Shown: positions 51,482 to 61,125, numbered from the stretch's first letter. The stretch: DNA of 64,000 nt from Niabella sp. (GCA_017744795.1 JAGIAQ010000001.1:15403-79402); one strand, 5' to 3'. Notes: generated by a model from the letters alone, not told the origin. Made by a program: numbers and translations.

Positions 51482-51512
51482 AAGGAAGTAGTAGGGAAAA
51501 ACCTACAAATAA

Positions 51513-51570
51513 AACCATTAAGGGTTTGAGGCTCATTAAGCCCTTAACTATTCTTAACTCCTTAATGGTT
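51513..51570. repeat. Palindromic repeat (ATTAAG family), left copy; likely bidirectional terminator
   Basis: AACCATTAAGG/CCTTAATGGTT 11-bp terminal inverted repeat flanked by A and T runs; shares a 20-bp exact core with the right copy. Confidence 0.85.
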
Positions 51571-51572
51571 TT

Positions 51573-51980
51573 TTATTTATCTGGTAACCAGGCGAAAAAC
51601 TCATTCACAAATGGTTTTAAAGACCGGCTGATATTGTCCGTGAAAAAGTTGATTAGTAACCCCTGGGGTTTTTGTAATAGCTTCATATAAGTGAGCAGCT
51701 TGGCCTCATGTACCGGCAAGATATGCTCTATGGCTTTTAGCTCCACGACCACACAGTTGTTTACCAGTAAATCCAGGCGCAGTTCGGTGTCAATATAAAT
51801 GTCGTTGTAAACTACAGGAACGATCAGCTGCTGCTGCACCTGGTAGCCGTTTTGTTGCAGTTCATACTTCAGACATTTTTCATACACGCTTTCCAATAAC
51901 CCTGGCCCAAGGGCCTTATGCACTTTTATGGCATAACCCGTGATGTCATAAGATAGCTGAGTGACTTGTTTTTTGGTCAT
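51573..51980 (-). CDS. GxxExxY family protein (PD-(D/E)xK nuclease fold)
   Basis: GPGLLESVYEKCL; RLDLLV...VVELKA; QGLLINF. Start refined to ATG 51980. Confidence 0.93.
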   Translation of the reverse strand: MTKKQVTQLSYDITGYAIKVHKALGPGLLESVYEKCLKYELQQNGYQVQQQLIVPVVYNDIYIDTELRLDLLVNNCVVVELKAIEHILPVHEAKLLTYMKLLQKPQGLLINFFTDNISRSLKPFVNEFFAWLPDK

Positions 51981-52012
51981 GATGGTGGCTTTAATAGGTT
52001 TATGTTTTAACA

Positions 52013-52064
52013 ATTAAGGGATTAAGAACCATTAAGACTTAACTATTCTTAACTCCTAATGGTT
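52013..52064. repeat. Palindromic repeat (ATTAAG family), right copy
   Basis: ATTAAG three times, then CTTAACTATTCTTAACTCCT (52038-52057), identical to 51543-51562. Confidence 0.85.
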
Positions 52065-52068
52065 CATT

Positions 52069-53106
52069 TTAAAGGTCCAGCTCCATGTTTACCGCCCCGC
52101 GGTTCCCTGGCTTTTTTCCGAGGTGCTCATAGGCCTTGTGTGTTACCTCCCGGCCGCGCGGGGTTCTTTGCAAAAAGCCTTCCTGTATCAAAAAAGGTTC
52201 ATACACTTCTTCAAGGGTGCCGGGTTCTTCGCCCACGGCGGTGGCAATGGTGGTGAGCCCTACCGGGCCGCCTTTGAACTTTTCGATAATGGCAAGCAGG
52301 ATACGGTTATCCATTTCATCCAGCCCATATTCATCCACATTCAGGGCCTTCAGCGCATGCTGGGTTATACCAATATCGATGATGCCGTCATTGAGCACCT
52401 GCGCGAAATCGCGCACCCGCCGCAGCAGCCCATTGGCAATACGCGGGGTGGCACGGCTCCGGCGGGCTATTTCCATTGCGGCGCTTGCCGCGATCTTTAC
52501 GTCTAATATATTTGCGGCACGCAACACGATTTTTTGAAGCGTTTCTGCGGAGTAATATTCCAGTCGTGATTTGATGGCAAAACGCGACAATAACGGCGCC
52601 GTTAACAGGCCGCTCCGCGTGGTAGCCCCGATCAGCGTAAAAGGATTGAGCGAAAGCTGGATGCTGCGGGCATTGGGGCCGCTGTCCAGCAAAATATCCA
52701 GCCGGTAATCTTCCATGGCAGCGTACAGATATTCTTCCACCACGGTACTGAGCCGGTGAATTTCATCAATAAACAATACATCATTAGGCTCCAGGGACGT
52801 AAGCAGCCCTGCCAGATCTCCCGGTTTTTCTATAACCGGACCACTGGTTTCTTTAATATTTACCCCCAGCTCATTGGCCACGATACGTGATAAAGTTGTT
52901 TTTCCCAACCCCGGAGGGCCATGAAAAAGCACATGATCCAACGCCTCGCCCCGCATTTTCGCAGCACGGATAAAAATGACCAGGTTTTCAATTAATTGCC
53001 CTTGTCCGGCAAAATCCTTTATATGACCGGGCCGGATGGAGTTCTCAAAATCACTGTCCTGTGCGCTTAACGCCTGCTTTTCCTTATTTAAATTGGGATT
53101 GCTCAT
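52069..53106 (-). CDS. ruvB: Holliday junction branch migration helicase RuvB
   Basis: [35 protein letters not shown] and LEEVYEPFL motifs. Confidence 0.99.
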   Translation of the reverse strand: MSNPNLNKEKQALSAQDSDFENSIRPGHIKDFAGQGQLIENLVIFIRAAKMRGEALDHVLFHGPPGLGKTTLSRIVANELGVNIKETSGPVIEKPGDLAGLLTSLEPNDVLFIDEIHRLSTVVEEYLYAAMEDYRLDILLDSGPNARSIQLSLNPFTLIGATTRSGLLTAPLLSRFAIKSRLEYYSAETLQKIVLRAANILDVKIAASAAMEIARRSRATPRIANGLLRRVRDFAQVLNDGIIDIGITQHALKALNVDEYGLDEMDNRILLAIIEKFKGGPVGLTTIATAVGEEPGTLEEVYEPFLIQEGFLQRTPRGREVTHKAYEHLGKKPGNRGAVNMELDL

Positions 53107-53113
53107 TCTTTTT

Positions 53114-53121
53114 CAAAGATA
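53114..53121 (-). promoter_or_regulatory. -7 promoter element of ruvB
   Basis: TATCTTTG on the minus strand, ending 7 nt before the ATG. Confidence 0.55.
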
Positions 53122-53199
53122 TTACAATTAAAGGTGGACGAAAGGCAGGTTGTTTCGTTTTTTATGTTTTACACGTCTGTACCCAAAAATGATTTAGTT

Positions 53200-53673
53200 A
53201 TGCGACTGATCTTATGCGGAATACTGTGCGCGCTTTTGTTGGGAGGCTGTAGCAAGTCTCTGTCGGATCACAACCCCAGTGCAAATGACCTGGCCTCGTC
53301 CTGCTCCAAGGGAGCCTGCGTGCTTCCCAATTTTTATGTGCAGCTGATCGATAAAAATACCGGGGGCAACTATATTGCCGAAAACAACATAACCACTGCA
53401 GAAATTGAACTTCGCAATGCGCAGAATCAACCCATCAGCTACAATGTTTCTGTTACTTCTCTCAATGATTCCCTTTCGAATATTATCGTTTTTCCCGTTG
53501 CGGATCAGTACAAGGTCATTCTCCGGATAAGAAAAGCGCTGGAAATTCCGATCGCTTATACCGCAACAGTGGCCGGCGCTGCCGGCGTTAAGCTGAGTAA
53601 TTTTACTGTTAACGGCTACATATTTACCACCGCAACAATCAATAAGAATTACCTGCTGCGTATAAAGATCTGA
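53200..53673 (+). CDS. Hypothetical lipoprotein
   Basis: ATG 53200, hydrophobic core, lipobox LGGC; beta-rich mature region. Confidence 0.7.
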   Translation: MRLILCGILCALLLGGCSKSLSDHNPSANDLASSCSKGACVLPNFYVQLIDKNTGGNYIAENNITTAEIELRNAQNQPISYNVSVTSLNDSLSNIIVFPVADQYKVILRIRKALEIPIAYTATVAGAAGVKLSNFTVNGYIFTTATINKNYLLRIKI

Positions 53674-53853
53674 TACTTTCCTGTTGCGGAAAAACAGCAG
53701 AATCCTGTTAAATAATCTCCCTTTAGGGGCAATTTGGACAATACGGCCTTATCTTTGTATATGATTTCATTCCGGGAAGCCGGAAATGCCGGAGTGTATT
53801 TCTTTTGAGTTAGAAGTTGTTTGAACTTTTTATAGAAACAATGTTGACCTGGC

Positions 53854-53939
53854 TTTCCTGCTGATGTCCGCAGAGATTGATTTTCGGCAATCCCGGTGGC
53901 TATCGGGAGCGCAAAAAATCTGCGATGATCCGCGGGAAA
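53854..53939. repeat. REP-like element (CGCAGA family) with a nested TCCCGAT-type hairpin
   Basis: Arms TTTCCTGCTGAT..CGCAGA and TCTGCG..GATCCGCGGGAAA; central TCCCGGTGGCTATCGGGA at 53891-53908. Confidence 0.8.
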
Positions 53940-54005
53940 TGCAAAGAAATCTGTAAGTCTGAATAATTTACCGTCTTGCTGCCTTTCCGGCAAAAAATAT
54001 ATTAA

Positions 54006-54983
54006 ATGAAACAGGTAACTATTGTGGTGCCCGAATGCAGGGTAAATATGAATACGATTGGTGGCGCCTTTGATATTTTAAATATCGCCAATGACTATTG
54101 GATGCGTACCGGGAATGCTGCCGCGATTGAGGTGCGGATTGCCGGCTTTATGTCGGAACAGCGGTCGCACAGCGAATACCTTTCGATTCATCCCATTGCG
54201 ATTGAAACCATTAAAAAAACAGACCTGATTTTGATCCCCGCGCCCCTGTCGGATCATGAAAATGCCGTTAAAAACAACCAGCAGCTTACTAGATGGATCC
54301 GGACCCAATATGAAAATGGAGCAGAGGTAGCCAGCATGTGCGCCGGTGGCTTTTTACTGGCGGCAACAGGGTTGCTTAACGGAAAACGATGTTCCATACA
54401 CTGGAATGCGATAAAAGATTTTAAACAGCTGTTTCCCGAGGTGGAGGTGGCGGGAGAAAAAATTATCACGGCCGAAAAAGGAATTTATACCAACGGCGGG
54501 GCTTATTCGTTTTTAAACCTGATCCTGTATCTCGTGGAAAAACTGTTCGACAGGACCACTGCTGTTTACTGCTCCAAATTTTTTCAGATCGATATTGAGC
54601 GGCACACCCAATCACCCTTTACCATTTTTGATCTGCAGAAGGGGCATGACGATGAACTGATCGGCCAGGCGCAAACCTATATTGAAGAACATATTGATGC
54701 GAAGATCTCGTTTGAGCAACTGGCTAAAACACTGGCCATCAGCCGGCGCAACTTCGACAGGCGTTTTATACGCGCTACCGGCGATACGCCCGTGGCCTAC
54801 CTCCAGCGGGTAAAAATTGAGGCGGCAAAAAAAGAACTGGAAAAAGGTCAGAAAACCGTGTTTGAAGTGATGTTGGATGTGGGCTACGCTGATGATAAGG
54901 CGTTTAGAGAAGTGTTTAAAAAAATAACGGGGTTATCGCCCACTGCTTACAGGAGCAAATACACTACAGTAGCATTGAATTGA
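54006..54983 (+). CDS. GlxA family transcriptional regulator (DJ-1/PfpI + AraC HTH)
   Basis: ASMCAGGFLLA.TGLL.GK..S.HW; ISRRNFDRRF; VGY.D...FR..FKK.TG.SP..YR. Confidence 0.94.
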   Translation: MKQVTIVVPECRVNMNTIGGAFDILNIANDYWMRTGNAAAIEVRIAGFMSEQRSHSEYLSIHPIAIETIKKTDLILIPAPLSDHENAVKNNQQLTRWIRTQYENGAEVASMCAGGFLLAATGLLNGKRCSIHWNAIKDFKQLFPEVEVAGEKIITAEKGIYTNGGAYSFLNLILYLVEKLFDRTTAVYCSKFFQIDIERHTQSPFTIFDLQKGHDDELIGQAQTYIEEHIDAKISFEQLAKTLAISRRNFDRRFIRATGDTPVAYLQRVKIEAAKKELEKGQKTVFEVMLDVGYADDKAFREVFKKITGLSPTAYRSKYTTVALN

Positions 54984-55007
54984 TAGATAGTATTGCGAAA
55001 TTTTTTA

Positions 55008-55067
55008 TTTCCCGCGAGAACAATCTGCGCGGATTAGCGAAAAAGATCCGCGGAAATCTGCGGGAAA
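55008..55067. repeat. REP-like element (CGCAGA family)
   Basis: TTTCCCGC/GCGGGAAA ends; 55037-55066 is identical (30 bp) to 56169-56198. Confidence 0.85.
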
Positions 55068-55069
55068 CT

Positions 55070-56065
55070 TTAATCAACCAAATAAATGATCCGTACCGAG
55101 CTATCCGCCGTTGTATATTCTTCTATTACCGGCAGTTTTACTTTTAACTGTTTGGTAGTAATGTAATCATCAAGGGCGTGGTAGGCGATGGTTTTATCAG
55201 TGGTATAATTTCCCCGAATGCGCAGGGCGATTCCCTTTGAAGTTGGCAGGCTGATCAACGTTGCCGGGGCCTGAACCGGCGGGTTGGTGCCGGAAGGGAT
55301 CTCAATTGCAGCGGCCACATCGGCAGGGCCGCCTTTCTCGTCCTTTTTATAAAACAAAGCGATTGTTTTTTTAACGGCACTATCCCCCAAAACGTTTTGC
55401 CCCAGGTAGCGAAAGTGAGCGGAAAAGAAAGCAGACAGGTCTGTTGCCGCAACCGGCTGCCGGACGGCCACGTAATTGGTCAACGGAAAATCAACGGTGC
55501 TGATCTGTGGAATAGCGGCTGCAGATCCTTTCTCTATCATCAGCTTCAATGCCAGCAATCCTTTTTCAAATTCGCTGCCTTTTTCTTTATCGAGACTGTA
55601 AAATAAATTATAAATATTCCATGGCTTTTTTGAGGGAACCGTAAACGTCCAGGTTACACGGGTGGCGCTGTTTTCATCTGTTAATTCAAATCTGGAATCA
55701 GCTTCTATTTTTTCTGGTTCCAGGAAACTGATATGATGGTCGATCTCTTTGTTTTCTTTTAAGCCCGTCAGCTGCAACATGCCTTTGCCAGACAACAAGG
55801 CATTGCCGTTCCAGGTAATGGTAGTGCCGATCTGCCCGTCGGGAATGCTATTAGGTGTATACCGGATGGAAGAATCTGCATTGCCCCAGATGGACCAGCT
55901 GTTGAAATTTTGCAGTAACAGCATTTGACGGTACACTTTTTCTTTGGGCGCATTAATGACGACCGAACGCACCACCTGTTGGTGATCGGGGGCCAGGAAC
56001 GAAAACGCAAATAACGTGATGCCCATGCAAAGCAAAAAGAGGAATACCCAGCGGATCAGTTTCAT
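55070..56065 (-). CDS. SRPBCC (polyketide cyclase-like) + GyrI-like effector-binding protein
   Basis: N-terminal TM anchor; V.RS..INAP...VY...W..W SRPBCC pattern; C-terminal GyrI-like G.Y...AY.AL..YI...P..E.Y. Start ATG 56065. Confidence 0.8.
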   Translation of the reverse strand: MKLIRWVFLFLLCMGITLFAFSFLAPDHQQVVRSVVINAPKEKVYRQMLLLQNFNSWSIWGNADSSIRYTPNSIPDGQIGTTITWNGNALLSGKGMLQLTGLKENKEIDHHISFLEPEKIEADSRFELTDENSATRVTWTFTVPSKKPWNIYNLFYSLDKEKGSEFEKGLLALKLMIEKGSAAAIPQISTVDFPLTNYVAVRQPVAATDLSAFFSAHFRYLGQNVLGDSAVKKTIALFYKKDEKGGPADVAAAIEIPSGTNPPVQAPATLISLPTSKGIALRIRGNYTTDKTIAYHALDDYITTKQLKVKLPVIEEYTTADSSVRIIYLVD

Positions 56066-56102
56066 ACCAGTTTTTGCGTGCAAAAGTAATTGTTTTAGAT
56101 CG

Positions 56103-56198
56103 CCCGCGGGAAGAGGATTGGCACAGATGAAAAGAGCTGAGCTCTTCTGCTAAAATCCGCGTTGATCTGCGAAAAAGATCCGCGGAAATCTGCGGGAA
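56103..56198. repeat. REP-like element (CGCAGA family)
   Basis: Ends with GCGAAAAAGATCCGCGGAAATCTGCGGGAA; internal hairpin AAGAGC-tga-GCTCTT at 56132-56146. Confidence 0.8.
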
Positions 56199-56205
56199 TT
56201 TCACA

Positions 56206-57426
56206 TTATTCATACCGCAACGCTTCAATCGGATCCAGCCGGGAAGCTTTTTGCGCGGGATAATAACCAAAAAATATCCCGGTAACGGCACATACTAAAA
56301 AAGATAAGGTAACGGAAGACTGGGATACCAGCGTGGGCCATTTGAGAAATACAGTGATCAGTTTGCTGGAAGTGATGCCCAGGGCAATGCCGATAAGACC
56401 ACCGGTAATACTGATGAGAATGGCTTCTACAAGGAATTGCATCAGGATATCTTTTCCACGGGCGCCTAACGACATCCGCAGACCAATCTCCTTGGTGCGC
56501 TCAGTAACGGAAACATACATGATGTTCATAATGCCAATACCCCCCACAATCAGCGAAATGCCGGCAATAGCACCGAGGAGCACTGTTAAAAGCTCACTGG
56601 TAGAGCTGAAGGTGTTGATTAATTCGGCCTGCGTACGGATCGTAAAATCATCCTCATCACTGGCTTTTAGCCGGTGGGTGGTGCGCAGTATGGAGGTCAG
56701 CTCATCTACCGCCTTATCCGTATTGGCCTGGTCGGTGGCGGAGCAATAAATGTTCTGGAAATAGATGGAGGCGGTTATTCTTTTTTGAACGGTTGAATAA
56801 GGTGTCAGTACAATATCATCCTGGTCCTGCCCAAAAGCATTTTCTCCTTTTTGTGCCAGCACCCCGATTACTTTAAAGGGAATGGTGTTAAAACGGATCA
56901 CTTTACCTATCGGGTTTTCGCCGCCGGTAAACAGGTTGGCCACAACCGTTTGGCCCAGCAGACACACTTTATCGGCTGTTTTCACATCGGCGTCGGTAAA
57001 GGAAATGCCGCTGCTGAGCGGCCAGTTGCGGATGCTCAAGAAATCGGGGCTAACACCTTGTATGGTGGTTTTCCAGTTCAGATTGCCGCTGATCACCTGT
57101 CCTCTTTGTGTTACAGCGGGGGAAACGCCGTTTATATATTGCGCCTGTTTTTTTATGGCGATGATATCCTGTTCCTTCAGGGTTTGCACGCTTGAAAAAT
57201 CAAGCCGCGCACCCGCTGCCACATTACTGTTGGGGCGGATGGTGATCATATTGGACCCCATGCTGGATAACTGATCCTGGATGCTTTTTTTTGATCCCTG
57301 CCCGATGGCCACCATCGCGATCACCGATGCTACGCCAATGATGATGCCAAGCATGGTAAGAAAGGCCCGCAGCTTATTGCGCTGCAACGCCCGTAATGCA
57401 ATCCTGAAAAGGTTGATCAAACTCAT
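56206..57426 (-). CDS. MacB-like ABC transporter permease
   Basis: RAFLTMLGIIIGVASVIAM, GGIGIMNIM.VSVTERT.EIG.R and PA.KAS.LDPIEALRYE motifs. Confidence 0.95.
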   Translation of the reverse strand: MSLINLFRIALRALQRNKLRAFLTMLGIIIGVASVIAMVAIGQGSKKSIQDQLSSMGSNMITIRPNSNVAAGARLDFSSVQTLKEQDIIAIKKQAQYINGVSPAVTQRGQVISGNLNWKTTIQGVSPDFLSIRNWPLSSGISFTDADVKTADKVCLLGQTVVANLFTGGENPIGKVIRFNTIPFKVIGVLAQKGENAFGQDQDDIVLTPYSTVQKRITASIYFQNIYCSATDQANTDKAVDELTSILRTTHRLKASDEDDFTIRTQAELINTFSSTSELLTVLLGAIAGISLIVGGIGIMNIMYVSVTERTKEIGLRMSLGARGKDILMQFLVEAILISITGGLIGIALGITSSKLITVFLKWPTLVSQSSVTLSFLVCAVTGIFFGYYPAQKASRLDPIEALRYE

Positions 57427-57438
57427 GCTGTTCTGTCT

Positions 57439-58185
57439 TTAATAATCATCAGTTGCAGGCATTGCAGCCAGCATTTCTTTTGCCGATTTTTTATTTTCAT
57501 TAAAATAATCTTTCACAATGCGGCCATCGCGCAGCATAATGGTGCGACTGCTGAAGGCGGCTATATCCGGTTCGTGGGTAACAAATACAATGGTTTTGCC
57601 CTCTGCATTCAGGTCCTGCATCAGTGCCATGATCTCGTAAGAAGTTTTTGAATCAAGGTTACCCGTTGCCTCATCGGCAAGGATCATCACCGGGTGATTG
57701 ACCAGTGCGCGTGCAATGGCCACCCGCTGTTGCTGTCCGCCGGAAAGCTGGTTCGGCGTGTGGTCCATACGATCTGCCAGTTTTACTGCTTCCAATGAAT
57801 GCATGGCGCGTTCCCGCCGTTCCTTTGCTGAAATACTGGAATTGTATAAAAGGGGCAGCTCCACGTTTTCAACGGCAGAGGTTCTGGGCAACAGGTTGTA
57901 GGCCTGGAACACAAACCCGATCTTATGATTGCGTAACTGCGCCAGCGCATCCCGCGAAAGACTTTTAACATCCACGCCGTCCAGCATATACGTGCCCTCC
58001 GTGGGTTTATCCAGGCAGCCAAGAATGTTGAGTAAGGTTGTTTTGCCGGAGCCGCTGCTACCCATAATGGTTAAGAATTCGCCTTCTTTTACATCAAAGG
58101 AAATGCCTTTAAGGGCATGCACTACCTCTGACCCCATCCGGAAGTTGCGCTTCAGTTCGGTAATATCTAAAATTTTTTTGCTCAT
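57439..58185 (-). CDS. ABC transporter ATP-binding protein (MacB/LolD-like)
   Basis: GSSGSGKTT, LSGGQQQRVAIARAL, ILADEATGNLD and VTHE motifs. Confidence 0.96.
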   Translation of the reverse strand: MSKKILDITELKRNFRMGSEVVHALKGISFDVKEGEFLTIMGSSGSGKTTLLNILGCLDKPTEGTYMLDGVDVKSLSRDALAQLRNHKIGFVFQAYNLLPRTSAVENVELPLLYNSSISAKERRERAMHSLEAVKLADRMDHTPNQLSGGQQQRVAIARALVNHPVMILADEATGNLDSKTSYEIMALMQDLNAEGKTIVFVTHEPDIAAFSSRTIMLRDGRIVKDYFNENKKSAKEMLAAMPATDDY

Positions 58186-58220
58186 TCTTTGATTATCTGT
58201 TTGTGGCCGGCGTTTGTTTA

Positions 58221-59519
58221 CTATCGCGGGCCGCCGCCACCTGCTTTACTGCCACTACCGGTGCTTTTTGTATTGCCCCTCCTTTGCGGCATAAACGGAC
58301 TGCGGTCTCCTGTAGAGCTGGCGGCCGGACTGCTTTGTGTTTGCTGCGTTGTGATCAGTTCATCATTTTCGGTAAGTCCCTTTACTACCTGTACATTCAC
58401 ATCATCCGTAAGGCCTGTTTCTATTCTTTTGTACACCAGTGAATCGCCCCGTTTTAACCATACTGAAGCATGTTTTATTGCATTGCCGGAGCTGTCCGTT
58501 TTTGTTTTGGACGAAGCCATACCCGGGGGCCGCGGGTTATTTTTCGTTTTAAAATTTCCCTGATCAGCCACCGGGGCTACTTTAAATTGTTTGGCAGTGG
58601 TAGCATCAGGTGTGTACTTTAATGCCGCCGCGGGTATCAGCAGGGCATTATCCAGTTCTTCCGTGTAAATGCTGATATTGGCGGTCATCCCCGGTTTTAA
58701 TTTCAGATCATCATTGGAGGCTTCTATAATGGTGGTATAAGTAACTACATTTGAAGAAACCGTTGGCTGCAGCCGGATCTCCTGTACTGTTCCTTTAAAA
58801 ACATCGTTGGGAAAAGCGTCCACGGTGAAGGTTACCCGCTCACCGGTCCGTACATTGCCAATATCTGCCTCATCTACTGCAGCGCGCACCTGCATTTTTT
58901 TCAGATCTTTTGCAATGCTGAACAGGGTGGGCGTATTGAAGCTGGAAGCCACAGTTTGCCCTTCGCTCACAGCTCTGGATAATACGGTTCCGTCAATTGG
59001 AGAATAAATATTGGTAAAAGAGAGATTTTTTTCTGCAGCCGATAATTGCGCCGCAACACCGTTGACCTGATCCCGTGCGGTTTTGAAGGAATTTTCCGCG
59101 GTTTCCAGTTCGGCTTTACTGATGGCGCCGGCTTTATACAACTCCGATTGGCGGTTAAAATTAGACTGCTGATAAGTAAGATTGCTGCGCGCCTGCTGCA
59201 GGTTGGCGTTTTGCTGCTGCACCTGTGCGTTAAACAACGAAGGGTCGATCTGGGCAAGGAGCTGCCCTTTTTTCACCACATCGTTAAAGTCGGTAAATAT
59301 TTTTTTTATCGTTCCTGATACCTGTGAGCCGATTACGACCGTATCTACAGGCTGTACCGTTCCGGTGGCCATTACACTGGTGGCAATAGCGCCGTAATGC
59401 GGTTTTTCTGTAGTAAGCACCAACGTGTTTTCATCTTTTCTGAACCTGGAGTATGCTATCGCGGCGGCAATCAGCACCAGCGCCAGCACTATACCTGTAA
59501 TTTTTTTGTTCCGTTTCAT
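58221..59519 (-). CDS. MacA-like efflux periplasmic adaptor subunit
   Basis: N-terminal TM; GTVQP...V.IGSQVSG, IYSPIDG.V, VDEADIG and LKPGMTA motifs. Confidence 0.94.
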   Translation of the reverse strand: MKRNKKITGIVLALVLIAAAIAYSRFRKDENTLVLTTEKPHYGAIATSVMATGTVQPVDTVVIGSQVSGTIKKIFTDFNDVVKKGQLLAQIDPSLFNAQVQQQNANLQQARSNLTYQQSNFNRQSELYKAGAISKAELETAENSFKTARDQVNGVAAQLSAAEKNLSFTNIYSPIDGTVLSRAVSEGQTVASSFNTPTLFSIAKDLKKMQVRAAVDEADIGNVRTGERVTFTVDAFPNDVFKGTVQEIRLQPTVSSNVVTYTTIIEASNDDLKLKPGMTANISIYTEELDNALLIPAAALKYTPDATTAKQFKVAPVADQGNFKTKNNPRPPGMASSKTKTDSSGNAIKHASVWLKRGDSLVYKRIETGLTDDVNVQVVKGLTENDELITTQQTQSSPAASSTGDRSPFMPQRRGNTKSTGSGSKAGGGGPR

Positions 59520-59543
59520 CCGCTGTTTCTTTTAATCGTTTGG

Positions 59544-60893
59544 TTATTCAATAGTTACCGGCGTGCCTTTATAAAAATCATACACTTTTACGCCAATGAT
59601 GGCATTATACTTTGCCTGTATATACTGCTGTAACGCCTGTATGTACAAATTTTTCTGCAATAAAAAATCGACCGAAGTGATGGCGCCTAAACGCAACTGT
59701 TCGCCCGATATCTGGTAGGTTTCCCTGTTCGTATTGAGCTGGGTTACAGCCGCTTCATATTGGGCCTGGGCATTCAGCACATTAATATAGGCCTGCTCCA
59801 CTTCCTGCGACAAGGTTGTTTCTGTTTTTTTCAGATTCAGTTTCGCCGCATCAATGGCAATTTTTGCATTTTCGATATTCGTGCGTGCAATTCGGTTATT
59901 AAAAATGGGAATAGATAGTCCGATACCGATACGCTGGTAAAAATTGTTATCCAGTTGCCGGATATAGGCAGAAGATTGATTATCGGAGTACCCTGTAGAC
60001 AATCCCCCGCTTCCGGTAATAGTGGGTCTTTTGCCTGCTTTTGCTTTTTCCAGGCTATAGCGGGCCATATCGACCCCCAATGCGCTGCTTTTGATTTCAG
60101 GCCGGCTGTCATGCGCCTGTTGCTGTGCCAGGTCCAGCGCATCTACGAGTTTGGGCGCTGTGGCAACGGTATCGGGTTGTATGATCTGCATATTATATCC
60201 CGAAGGCAATTGCAGCAGCTGTTTTAAAGTAAGGGTATTTTGCCGGATATTATTTTCTGTAGTAATGAGGTTATATTGATCAGTAGCTACCTGCGATTGA
60301 AAGCCAACGAGCTCCAGTTTGGAAATGCTGCCGGCATTGTACCGGATCGTGCCCTGTTTTAATTGCGCCTGGGAGGTATTGAGCAGGTCCTGCAGGTAAA
60401 TGCTGTTTTCCTTTGCCAGCAGGATGGCCAGATAGGCTTGTGTGAGCTGCAATATGATGCTGTTTTCCATGGCAGACGTATTGAACGCATCTGCTTTAAG
60501 CTGTGTTTCAGTCTGTTTTATATTATTGTTGATGGCGCCGCCATTATAGATCGTTACGGAAGAGTTTAATGAATAGTTGCTGGCAAAACTTGACTGGGTT
60601 TGAAACCCGCCTACCACGGGATTAGCATTCTTGCTGTTGGTAAATGTTTGAGAGCTGCTGCCCAGTAAATTCGGGTATTTTGCGGCTTTTGCCAGCTGTA
60701 CATTTTGCTGGTCTGTTTTTTCGTTAAGCCGTAAGCTATTGATCTCTATATTGTTGCGCTTCGCGTAGTCAATACATTGCTGCAGCGTCCAGGTTTGGGG
60801 CAATGCGGCCAGGGATGTATCTGCCTGGGCAAACCCTTTTAATGGTATGTAGCACAAATAAAGAAATACTGTTGTTATTATTATCCGGGCCAT
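59544..60893 (-). CDS. TolC family outer membrane efflux protein
   Basis: Signal peptide; WTLQQCI.YA..NN; two OEP-like repeats; last partner of the MacAB-type operon. Confidence 0.92.
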   Translation of the reverse strand: MARIIITTVFLYLCYIPLKGFAQADTSLAALPQTWTLQQCIDYAKRNNIEINSLRLNEKTDQQNVQLAKAAKYPNLLGSSSQTFTNSKNANPVVGGFQTQSSFASNYSLNSSVTIYNGGAINNNIKQTETQLKADAFNTSAMENSIILQLTQAYLAILLAKENSIYLQDLLNTSQAQLKQGTIRYNAGSISKLELVGFQSQVATDQYNLITTENNIRQNTLTLKQLLQLPSGYNMQIIQPDTVATAPKLVDALDLAQQQAHDSRPEIKSSALGVDMARYSLEKAKAGKRPTITGSGGLSTGYSDNQSSAYIRQLDNNFYQRIGIGLSIPIFNNRIARTNIENAKIAIDAAKLNLKKTETTLSQEVEQAYINVLNAQAQYEAAVTQLNTNRETYQISGEQLRLGAITSVDFLLQKNLYIQALQQYIQAKYNAIIGVKVYDFYKGTPVTIE

Positions 60894-61038
60894 ATCGGTC
60901 GTTTTCGTCTACAGGTCTTTGAAAAGATCCGTTCCAGAGTAGAAGCGGGTTCTATAAATTGACGTCGATACGGATGTTTTCCTGCTTTGAAAAGCAAAGA
61001 ATACCTTAAACAAAATGTTATAATAAGGTACAGATGAC

Positions 61039-61125
61039 CTTAGTGATTCTGTACTTCAGTGACAGAGAAGCAACAAAACCGGTTATATAAGTGAAGCCAC
61101 AGAGATTCTGAAGCACAGAATCTGA
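61039..61125. repeat. Degenerate REP-like element (CACAGA family)
   Basis: AGATTCTG-aagca-CAGAATCT hairpin (61103-61123) and a related GATTCTGTACTTCAGTG stretch near 61046. Confidence 0.45.

Noticed and set aside
53760-53807. 15-codon ORF (MISFREAGNAGVYFF) after a TATCTTTG promoter, as a possible leader peptide for the GlxA gene
   Set aside because: No amino-acid run or attenuator structure supports it.
56206-60893. MacAB-TolC-type operon as the missing cyclic glucan exporter
   Set aside because: It is 27 kb from cgs, of a different ABC class from NdvA/Cgt, and an ordinary widespread operon.
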